Shown: positions 27,841 through 35,386 of the stretch, piece after piece
How positions within the stretch are numbered: the first letter of the stretch is position 1
Layout: the number at the start of each line of letters is the position of its first letter
Sequence record: SRR31156797_1538
Direction: 5' to 3' (one strand)
DNA: 35,386 nucleotides
The notes under the pieces: generated by a model
Databases searched by the model: none
Told to the model about the DNA's origin: nothing
What the model saw: only the letters and a program-made list of their open reading frames with translations
Made by a program: the position numbers and the translations under genes

Positions 27841-29076
27841 ATGGCATACGACACATATAGTACTAGCAAAATTAATAATATTAAATTCACTCAGGGGTTT
27901 CGTGGATATGATACTGTTGAAGTTGATGAGTTTCTTGACGAAATAGTAAAAGAAATTGAGAAACTAAATAGCCACATAAAAAACCTTAAGGAAGATTTAG
28001 CTAGAGAGAAGCGTAAGAGTACTATTAACGAACAGGAGATACAGCGACTGGAAAGAGTTAATAGCGAAATTTCAAGCGCAGCAGCATATAAGAACGAAGA
28101 AGTAAGTACACCTGAGCCAAAAGAAGAAAAGGCTGTTGTACAAGCACCTGAGGTTGAAAAGCAAGTTACATATGATGAAAGCATTGATGAAATGAAGAAT
28201 CTGATTGCTGAGACTCTCCTGAGTGCGAAACGCAGCGCTGAAAGAGTAATAAAAGATGCTGAAAATAAGGCTGAGGATATTATTGAAGATGCTGAGAGGC
28301 GTGCCAGAGAAAGAGTCGTATCCCTTAAAGCTGAAATTGTTGAATCTGAGCAAAAACTTGGTGCATTATATGATACTGTAAATAGTGCTAAAGAGAAGTA
28401 TATTAAAGCATTCCAAACTCAAATTGCAGAAATTAATAAGATTGCTGTTGGCAATGATGATATTCCTACTGAATATTTCCAGAATAAAGTGGAAGAAGTA
28501 TCAGTAGAGGAAATTCAGCAGGAAGAAGTAGAAGTTGAAATTCCTGAAGTGAAGGTAGAGAAGAAACAGGAGCCTGCAGTAAAGGATATTGAGGAACCTG
28601 CAGCAGCTGAAAAAAAATTCAGTGGTGATATCTTTAGTAAACTTCCAAAGCCTCCTTCATCAGATAACAAAGATGCGGATTCTGCAAAAAGCAGTGTAAA
28701 GCAAACAATGAGGCATGGCAAAGATGAATCAGATCAAATAAGTGATGTTGCAGCGTCATTTGAAGTTAATTCTGTTCCTAGAGCTGCAGTAAATCCATAT
28801 GATGATGATTATGAAGCTAATAGCACTGTTCAACCAGAGAATTCATCATATGCAAATGAAGACAGTGAAGTAAACACTGATAATCAGCAGTATATTGAGC
28901 TGGCATTGTCAAAGTATAATGATAATAAATATCATAATAAAAAGTATCCTAATACTAATAAAGACGATATTAGGATAAACAATGAAGATGAGGAATCAGG
29001 TATATTCCAGCCTGAGGACAGATCAATACTAAGCTCTGTAATAGAAGATATTCTAAATAACAAGAAAAATGATTAA
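27841..29076 (+). CDS. divIVA: DivIVA-domain coiled-coil protein with a long acidic C-terminal tail
   Basis: F.QGFRGYD..EVDEFLDEI, coiled coil AKRSAERVIKDAENKAEDIIEDAE; located in the sepF-yggT-divIVA-lspA cluster. Confidence 0.82.
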   Translation: MAYDTYSTSKINNIKFTQGFRGYDTVEVDEFLDEIVKEIEKLNSHIKNLKEDLAREKRKSTINEQEIQRLERVNSEISSAAAYKNEEVSTPEPKEEKAVVQAPEVEKQVTYDESIDEMKNLIAETLLSAKRSAERVIKDAENKAEDIIEDAERRARERVVSLKAEIVESEQKLGALYDTVNSAKEKYIKAFQTQIAEINKIAVGNDDIPTEYFQNKVEEVSVEEIQQEEVEVEIPEVKVEKKQEPAVKDIEEPAAAEKKFSGDIFSKLPKPPSSDNKDADSAKSSVKQTMRHGKDESDQISDVAASFEVNSVPRAAVNPYDDDYEANSTVQPENSSYANEDSEVNTDNQQYIELALSKYNDNKYHNKKYPNTNKDDIRINNEDEESGIFQPEDRSILSSVIEDILNNKKND

Positions 29077-29100
29077 TAATTAGGGAAGGTTAATTACTAG

Positions 29101-29631
29101 ATGATAGTAATAATAATAGCTATATTTCTGATAGCCTTGGATCAGATTACAAAACTATGGGTAGTAAACACACTTAAACCAGTTAGAGATATTCCTATTA
29201 TAGAGAACATTCTGCATTTTCATTATGCAGAGAATACAGGTGCAGCTTTTAGTATACTAGAGGGTGCAAGGTGGTTCTTTATAATATTAGTAACACTAGT
29301 GAGCATAGGTTTGATTATTTATGCTCTGACTAGAAAATACAAGATGCACACTTTGGAGATAATATCTATTGGTATGATTTTGGGTGGTGCGATAGGCAAT
29401 CAGATTGACAGAATACGGCTTGGCTATGTGCTGGACTTTGTATATGTTAAAGTAATAAATTTTGCGATATTTAATATTGCTGATTCGTGTCTAGTAGTGG
29501 GATCTATTCTTCTGTCAATATATATATTATTTTTTCATGATAAATATATGTCAAGGGTGCAAGAGACAAAAGAAGCAGATGTTCAGTCTGAAGCTGAAAA
29601 GATTAGTGACAGAAAAGAGTTGACAGAATAA
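29101..29631 (+). CDS. lspA: Lipoprotein signal peptidase (SPase II)
   Basis: LDQITK, NTGAAFS, GGAIGN.IDR, V.DF, FNIADS. Confidence 0.96.
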   Translation: MIVIIIAIFLIALDQITKLWVVNTLKPVRDIPIIENILHFHYAENTGAAFSILEGARWFFIILVTLVSIGLIIYALTRKYKMHTLEIISIGMILGGAIGNQIDRIRLGYVLDFVYVKVINFAIFNIADSCLVVGSILLSIYILFFHDKYMSRVQETKEADVQSEAEKISDRKELTE

Positions 29632-29652
29632 TCTTAAACTGAGTAATTTCAC

Positions 29653-30567
29653 ATGAAAGAAAGAAATTTTATCTGTGACATAGATGGTTTGCGATTGGAC
29701 AAGTATATTAGCGCAGAGTGTGAAATATCAAGGTCAATTGCAGCAAAAATGATTAATGATGGCAGTGTTTTAGTTAATGAAAGAACTAGAAAGCCATCAT
29801 ATTTATTGTACAAAAATGATGCAATAAATGTAACATTTCCACAAGTAAAGAGTACTAAAATACTGTCACAAAATATTCCTATTGATATTGTTTATGAGGA
29901 TAAGGATATAGTTGTAATAAATAAGTCCAGAAATATGGTCGTACATCCCTCAGCTGGTCATGATGATGGTACATTGGTGAATGCATTGCTGTTTCACTGT
30001 CCTGATATCAGAGGAATCGGGGGAGAACTGCGTCCAGGCATAGTTCACAGAATTGATAAGGATACTACCGGGTTATTAGTTGCAGCAAAGAATGACAAAG
30101 CAATGCAAGGATTAAGTGAACAAATAGCCAATCATGATGTTATTAGGACTTATTATGCTTTGGTTGAGGGTAGAGTCAATGAAGATGGATTTGTTGAAGC
30201 ACCGATTGGACGAAATCCAAAAGACAGGAAAAAGCAAGCAGTCAATTTAAATGGCAAATATGCATATACTGATTATAGAATTATAAAGAAATACTGGAAT
30301 CACACTTTACTAGAAATAAATCTAAAAACAGGCAGAACTCATCAAATCAGAGTACATATGGCACATATATCGCATCCTGTTGTAGGAGATAAGACATATG
30401 GGTACAGGAAGCAGAAATTTAATCTGGAAGGTCAGCTGCTGCACGCAGCGAAGCTAAGATTCACACATCCGGATACTAATAAAATGGTGGAATTTTGCAC
30501 AGGAATTCCTGATGATTTTCAAAAAGTACTGGATGTGCTTGCTAAAACTAATCTTTTAGCTGATTAA
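29653..30567 (+). CDS. rluD: RluA/RluD family pseudouridine synthase
   Basis: S4 domain, RPGIVHRIDKDTTG, TGRTHQIRVH, LLHA; follows lspA. Confidence 0.9.
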   Translation: MKERNFICDIDGLRLDKYISAECEISRSIAAKMINDGSVLVNERTRKPSYLLYKNDAINVTFPQVKSTKILSQNIPIDIVYEDKDIVVINKSRNMVVHPSAGHDDGTLVNALLFHCPDIRGIGGELRPGIVHRIDKDTTGLLVAAKNDKAMQGLSEQIANHDVIRTYYALVEGRVNEDGFVEAPIGRNPKDRKKQAVNLNGKYAYTDYRIIKKYWNHTLLEINLKTGRTHQIRVHMAHISHPVVGDKTYGYRKQKFNLEGQLLHAAKLRFTHPDTNKMVEFCTGIPDDFQKVLDVLAKTNLLAD

Positions 30568-30820
30568 TAATACTCTTTAAACGGTTCTTTTGCTTATTAT
30601 CCAGCATAGGACCTAATTTTTGTGCAAATTCATCAAGAGTTTTATTATTAATATTTTTTGATGAATTTTTCTGTTTAATAATTTCACCAAGCAATTGATC
30701 CTTTGACATGTTTTTGTAAGGCGTCGTTTTGCCAGCTAAATCCTTTAGCACTTTTTCATCTTCGCTAGTCAGGTTTTTCTGTTTTTCTTTAATAATATCT
30801 TTTAAGCTCTTTTTACTCAT
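30548..30820 (-). CDS. Small helical hypothetical protein
   Basis: 90 aa, AAGGAG RBS, C-terminus LGPMLDNKQKNRLKSIINQL; overlaps the rluD end by 20 bp. Confidence 0.75.
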   Translation of the reverse strand: MSKKSLKDIIKEKQKNLTSEDEKVLKDLAGKTTPYKNMSKDQLLGEIIKQKNSSKNINNKTLDEFAQKLGPMLDNKQKNRLKSIINQLKD

Positions 30821-30900
30821 ACATATCTCCTTAGCTTATTGTCAAAAACATATTACTTTGCATAGTATATTATAAAGTAATTATAAAGGTTGATATTAAT

Positions 30901-31353
30901 ATGAGTATTCCAATACCATTGATTTTAGCACTATTATCGCAAAATATGAATAAAAATACAGTAAAAGCAGTTGAAGCATCTCCGGAAGACGGGGAATTAG
31001 TAGTTGTAAAAAAAACTAAACCTCGTATACTAAACAATATATCTGTATCTGATAATTCAATTAGGAAGATGCAGGGAGTAGCACAATTATTGGGTGGTAC
31101 AAGAGGTGCACAGATTGGGAGAGCGGCTAATATTATGAGTTCAGTTAAGAACATAAATACTCCAATGAATGCATTATCACTATTAATGAAAAACAATGCT
31201 AATCCAGCAAATATTATGAATCAAAACACTGGTACAGGAGGCAATGTATCAAATCTATCAAGCAGTATTAATTCAATGCTTTCGAATATGGATGACGAAA
31301 AGAAAGATGAACTGATGAACATGGCACAGGATTTGTTTAGTAAAATGAAGTAG
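30901..31353 (+). CDS. Hypothetical Asn/Met-rich protein
   Basis: 150 aa ORF, AAAGGT RBS, followed by a terminator. Confidence 0.7.
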   Translation: MSIPIPLILALLSQNMNKNTVKAVEASPEDGELVVVKKTKPRILNNISVSDNSIRKMQGVAQLLGGTRGAQIGRAANIMSSVKNINTPMNALSLLMKNNANPANIMNQNTGTGGNVSNLSSSINSMLSNMDDEKKDELMNMAQDLFSKMK

Positions 31354-31381
31354 AGTACATATACTGAATGAATTTGACTAG

Positions 31382-31411
31382 ATACTAGTAATAATTTACT
31401 AGTATTTTTTT
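31382..31411 (+). terminator. Rho-independent terminator
   Basis: ATACTAGTAA-taat-TTACTAGTAT plus T-run. Confidence 0.7.
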
Positions 31412-31576
31412 AAATTGGAATGAATTTACTGATATTCTATACATTTTATGATTAGGATTTGAATTTAGTATTTGCATTTTTCTTATTTTTTGGTTAATAT
31501 ATTTAAGCGTGAATAATAAATAAGCATTTACATGTGATAAAAGTATATTTATATAGATTATAAAGGTTGGTAAAAC

Positions 31577-33721
31577 ATGGGAAAAACATTAGTTGTTACA
31601 GAGAAACCATCTGTAGCTAGAGACATTGCCAGAGTTTTAAAGGTTACAACTCGTGGTGATGGGTGCATTATTGGTGAAGATTACGTCCTTACATGGGCAA
31701 TAGGTCACTTGGTGTCTTTGAAGAGTCCGGAGGAAATGGATGATAAGTATAAGACATGGACATATGATCAGCTGCCTATTATTCCGGAAGAGATGGAACT
31801 AAAAATAACTCCGATGCGGGGAGCAAGTCATCAGTTTTATAACGTAAAGAACTGGATGCATAATAGTAACATTGATAAAATAATATGTGCTACTGACGCA
31901 GGGCGTGAAGGTGAGTTGATATTTAGATTAATATATGAATTTGCAGAATGCACTAAGCCATTTCAGAGACTTTGGATATCTTCTATGACTGATGAGGCAA
32001 TAAGGAAAGGCTTTGAGGATTTAAGGGATTCCACTGAATACGATAATCTATACTATTGTGCCAAATGCCGTTCACATGCAGACTGGCTGGTTGGGATGAA
32101 TGCCAGCAGAGCATATTCATTGACCTATGACAGACGGATATCCGTAGGAAGAGTTCAGTCACCTACGCTTGCAATTCTTTGTGCAAAGGAAGAGCAACGA
32201 AAAGCATTTGTCAGTGAAACTTATTATGAACTATGGGGTTCATTTAACGGATATAAGGGCAGATATTTTGATGAATCAAAGAAAGAGAATGCCCACTGGA
32301 TTGCAGAAAATGATGTAGAAGAGTTCAAGAAGATTGCCAAGGAAATGAAGGGCAAAAAGGCTACAGTTGAAAAAATTGAGCAAACATCTGAAACTCGCAA
32401 GCCTCCATTGCTTTATGATCTGACATCATTGCAAAGAGATGCTAACTACTACTATAGTTTCTCTGCGGCGAAGACTTTGCGCTTGGCACAGGCATTATAT
32501 GAGAAACACAAATTGATTACATATCCCAGAACTGACAGCAGATTCCTAAGTCATGATATGGCTGGTTTGTTGAAAACTCGTTTGAGGAAATTGTCAATTG
32601 AGCCATGGGAAGAGTATGCAGAGAAGGCACTTGAGCTAGAAGGTAATCCCAAAAGAGTTATCTGGGATGCAAGGGTTACTGATCACCATGCTATTATTCC
32701 TACTGGTAAGGTTGCAGCTATTAAGAAGCTGGATGAAGAAGAAAAACAACTCTTTGATTTGGTTGTACGCAGATATATGGGTGTGTTCCTAGATGATCAG
32801 GAATTACTTAGAACCAATGTACTTACAAGATGTGAAAGCAGAGCATTCGAGTCTAAGGGTCTTCAAGTAGTACATGCTGGCTGGTCAGCTATATATGAAC
32901 CAATCAGGAGAAAGACCAAAAAAGAGGATGAACAGGAAATTCCAGATTTGACCGAAGGTGAGGAGCGTAGAGTTACTGGAGGCAGTGTAAAAAAGAAAAA
33001 GACAAAACCGCCTGCACGATATACTGATGCAACACTCTTAAGTGCAATGGAACATGCAGGAAAAATGATAGATGATGAAGAGCTTAGCGAAGCTATGAAG
33101 GATTCAGGTCTTGGTACGCCTGCTACACGTGCGTCAATAATTGAGAGACTTATTCAGGTAAGATATGTAAGGAGAAGCGGAAAAACATTAGTTCCAACTG
33201 AAAAGGGTATTATGCTTATTAAAGTACTGCCTGACTATCTATCTTCCCCAGCGATTACAGGTAAGTGGGAAAAGGAACTTAATGAAATAAGACGTGGTGA
33301 ATACAGCCCTCAAGTATTTATGGACGAAATAGGTAGTATGACCAGAGATATTGTTGACAATGGTAAGAAGAAAATAGATGGTGTAGAATTCCCTGGAGAC
33401 AGTCGAAGTGCATCAGTATCGCAAAATAGAGAACCTTTGGGTGCATGCCCCGGCTGCGAAGATGGAAATATTATGGAGAACTCAAAAGCATATTACTGTA
33501 CTAACTGGAGGTTGAAAAAATGTAAATTCTCTATGTGGAAGCATGATAAACTGACAGAAAGACCAGACTTCACACCAGATATGGTCAAGCAGTTACTAAA
33601 GGATAATAAAATGGAATTTGCAGAAGGTGTTATGGAAGTGAATGACAAGGAACCATATGCACACTGGATACCTAAGAACGTTGAAGATAAAACAAATGAA
33701 GAAACAAAAGAGGAAAAATAA
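31577..33721 (+). CDS. topB: DNA topoisomerase III (type IA)
   Basis: EKPSVARDIA, CATDAGREGELIF, GRVQSPTL, ITYPRTDS (catalytic Tyr), TDHHAIIPT, GLGTPATRA; C-terminal CPGC...YYC ribbon. Confidence 0.93.
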   Translation: MGKTLVVTEKPSVARDIARVLKVTTRGDGCIIGEDYVLTWAIGHLVSLKSPEEMDDKYKTWTYDQLPIIPEEMELKITPMRGASHQFYNVKNWMHNSNIDKIICATDAGREGELIFRLIYEFAECTKPFQRLWISSMTDEAIRKGFEDLRDSTEYDNLYYCAKCRSHADWLVGMNASRAYSLTYDRRISVGRVQSPTLAILCAKEEQRKAFVSETYYELWGSFNGYKGRYFDESKKENAHWIAENDVEEFKKIAKEMKGKKATVEKIEQTSETRKPPLLYDLTSLQRDANYYYSFSAAKTLRLAQALYEKHKLITYPRTDSRFLSHDMAGLLKTRLRKLSIEPWEEYAEKALELEGNPKRVIWDARVTDHHAIIPTGKVAAIKKLDEEEKQLFDLVVRRYMGVFLDDQELLRTNVLTRCESRAFESKGLQVVHAGWSAIYEPIRRKTKKEDEQEIPDLTEGEERRVTGGSVKKKKTKPPARYTDATLLSAMEHAGKMIDDEELSEAMKDSGLGTPATRASIIERLIQVRYVRRSGKTLVPTEKGIMLIKVLPDYLSSPAITGKWEKELNEIRRGEYSPQVFMDEIGSMTRDIVDNGKKKIDGVEFPGDSRSASVSQNREPLGACPGCEDGNIMENSKAYYCTNWRLKKCKFSMWKHDKLTERPDFTPDMVKQLLKDNKMEFAEGVMEVNDKEPYAHWIPKNVEDKTNEETKEEK

Positions 33722-34441
33722 TTGATAATTAGGCTGGACAGATATTTAATATTTTGCGACTTAGGCTCGAGAAGTCAAGTACAGAAATTAATACATCAGG
33801 GGAAAATCACAGTAAATGGCAGTGTGATAAAAGATCCAGCAAAAAAAATCGATTCCAATACCAGTTTTGCTGAGTATCAGGGGAAAGCCCTTGTCTTTAG
33901 GAGACATGTATATCTGATGATGAATAAACCAGCTGGATATATAACTGCTACAAAAGATAGATATCATGATACTGTTGCCGAGTTATTACCTGATTGGTGC
34001 AGGAAACGTGATATTGTACCAATTGGCAGGCTGGATAAAGATACTACAGGATTGCTTCTTTTTAGTGATGATGGCGCATTCAATCATTTTCTTACATCTC
34101 CAGCCCATCATATTAAAAAGGTTTATCATGCTCAGATTGATAATCCTATAACTGTAGATGATGTATATGATTTTGCAAATGGGATGAGATTTAAGGATTT
34201 TATATCTGAACCAGCGCAATTAACTCATACAAAAAGCTACTATTCCAATGAATATGCTGCTCTTGTTACTTTGCATGAAGGTAAATTTCATCAAGTAAAG
34301 AGGATGTTTGCAAAATGCGGTATAAATGTATTGTCTCTGGAGCGAATCACTATAGGGGACATTGTTTTGCCGGAGGATTTAGGAACAGGTGAAGTAAGAG
34401 AACTGACAAGTAAAGAAGTAAGCAATCTAAAGTCTGGCTAG
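33722..34441 (+). CDS. rsuA: RsuA-family pseudouridine synthase
   Basis: RLDRYL S4 domain, NKPAGY, GRLDKDTTGLL, EGKFHQVKRMF. Confidence 0.88.
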   Translation: MIIRLDRYLIFCDLGSRSQVQKLIHQGKITVNGSVIKDPAKKIDSNTSFAEYQGKALVFRRHVYLMMNKPAGYITATKDRYHDTVAELLPDWCRKRDIVPIGRLDKDTTGLLLFSDDGAFNHFLTSPAHHIKKVYHAQIDNPITVDDVYDFANGMRFKDFISEPAQLTHTKSYYSNEYAALVTLHEGKFHQVKRMFAKCGINVLSLERITIGDIVLPEDLGTGEVRELTSKEVSNLKSG

Positions 34442-34465
34442 TAAAATGAATATATTAGATAAATT

Positions 34466-34490
34466 AAACTCATTATAATGGGTTTTTTTT
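34466..34490 (+). terminator. Terminator after topB-rsuA
   Basis: AAACTCATT-at-AATGGGTTT plus T-run. Confidence 0.6.
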
Positions 34491-34687
34491 AAAGTTTTGC
34501 AAAGTAAATATACATTTTGCCATTAACTAGAGATAATAATTGTTTATTATAGTGTAACAGATGGTGTTTTTATGCAGGTAAAAAAGCAGTTCTTGCAGCA
34601 AATGGATAATTGATATCTATTTCAATCTATATTATGCACAGAAATGAATAATTGCAAGAATAATATTTCAAAAAATGAATAAATCTA

Positions 34688-34716
34688 TTGAAATTTGACT
34701 TATTATATGCTATATT
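34688..34716 (+). promoter_or_regulatory. Putative SigA promoter with extended -10
   Basis: TTGAAA-N17-TATATT with TG at 34708-34709. Confidence 0.5.
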
Positions 34717-34856
34717 CATCATGGGGATAGTTGTTTTATTTTTTACTATCCATATTTTATATAATGTAAATATATTAGTATCTATCTCAATACTGAAATT
34801 GTACAAAATTAATTGAGGAGGACGTATATGGCCACCAAACAACAATATTGTTTTTT

Positions 34857-34987
34857 CCTAGATTCTACGTAAGCGAACTGAAAAACACCCCTAGAGTCAG
34901 TAAACATAAGAGCTTTTGCTAAATTCAACATTCACCTATTGTGTGAAAGATAAAAGTGTAAAAGTAATATTATGTCGTGGATTTAAA
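34857..34987 (+). mobile_element. ISEcp1-like (IS1380 family) left-end remnant or MITE-like element, no transposase
   Basis: CCTAGATTCTACGT (34857-34870) matches the ISEcp1 IRL as I recall it. AAATTCAACATTCACCTATTGTGTGAAAG (34921-34949) resembles the recalled ISEcp1 subterminal AAATTCAGCTTTCACCCATTGGGTGAAAG at about the same offset. Possible degenerate IRR TCGTGGATTTAAA at about 34975-34987. Confidence 0.7.
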
Positions 34988-35009
34988 CAAAAATAAAAGG
35001 AGAAAGAAA

Positions 35010-35386
35010 ATGTCAGAAAACAAAGAACTTGAACTCATCCTATCCAAATGTGATGAAAAAAACCAAGAAAAAATCAAACTGATTAGCAATGCTGATATCT
35101 TAAGCAAGATTGCAAGCAGAATCGAGCTTTGTAATCCTAAAGATGTCTTCATTCACTCAGGCAGTGAAGAAGATTACGAATATATCAAAAAGATGTGTTT
35201 AGAGACAGGCGAAGAATCACCTTTGGCCATGGAAGGCCATACGATTCATTTTGACCCGCCAACAGAGCAGGGCCGCATTGTTAACCAAACATATGCGATT
35301 GAAGATGAAGGTATGTTCACATCTTCCCTTGCAAAAGCTCTGCCAAGAGCTGAAGCTGATGAGCTCATCCAAACCAACATGAAAAA
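35010..35386 (+). CDS. pckG: Phosphoenolpyruvate carboxykinase (GTP), 5' part, runs off the window
   Basis: Not in the ORF track. AAAGGAG RBS, then MSENKELELILSKCDEKNQEKIKLISNADILSKIASRIELCNPKDVFIHSGSEEDYEYIKKMCLETGEESPLAMEGHTIHFDPPTEQGRIVNQTY...; the pattern LC.P..VF..GSEED..Y......GEE..L...GHT.HFD is the GTP-PEPCK N-terminus as I recall it. Confidence 0.8.
   Translation, partial: MSENKELELILSKCDEKNQEKIKLISNADILSKIASRIELCNPKDVFIHSGSEEDYEYIKKMCLETGEESPLAMEGHTIHFDPPTEQGRIVNQTYAIEDEGMFTSSLAKALPRAEADELIQTNMK

Noticed and set aside
34627..34845. 72-aa minus-strand ORF in the rsuA-pckG spacer
   Set aside because: Low-complexity AT-rich translation with no RBS, overlapping plus-strand promoter signals.
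1070..35152. Many 60-190 aa ORFs antisense to or overlapping recognised genes (e.g. 1442-1930, 3065-3484, 4690-5064, 22702-23283, 30870-31196, 34970-35152)
   Set aside because: Shadow ORFs of well-supported genes, with no recognisable motifs.
1..35386. CRISPR arrays, rRNA, prophage, integrase, toxin-antitoxin or defence genes
   Set aside because: I saw no regularly spaced repeats or recognisable genes of these classes by eye; highly diverged examples could be missed without computation.

Overview
AT-rich chromosomal segment of a spore-forming clostridial Firmicute (Bacillota), mostly core genome. In order: the 3' part of initiator tRNA-fMet; a prenyltransferase-fold hypothetical; an mreB/mbl paralogue; a GGDEF/HD-GYP protein; murC; a Cys-rich putative spore-coat protein with a SigK-type promoter; pepF; an RlmL/THUMP methylase; comM-dprA-trmFO-hslV-hslU (no topA, xerC or codY); a catalytically degenerate beta-hydroxyacid dehydrogenase; an SPL-like radical SAM protein; a nucleotidyltransferase fused to a degenerate phosphomannomutase; Cys T-box-cysE-cysS; spoVT; fabK; a HlyD-like gene with yggS-sepF-yggT; divIVA-lspA-rluD; two small divergent hypotheticals; topB; an rsuA-like gene; and the 5' end of a GTP-dependent PEP carboxykinase. 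I found no intact mobile element, CRISPR array, defence system or clearly new multi-gene system. The most notable signals missing from the ORF track are an ISEcp1-like (IS1380 family) left end upstream of the compositionally distinct pckG, a decayed IS1182-like transposase fragment, att-like repeats beside the tRNA, and intact genes encoding probable pseudoenzymes. All family assignments rest on recalled motifs; no database searches were run.
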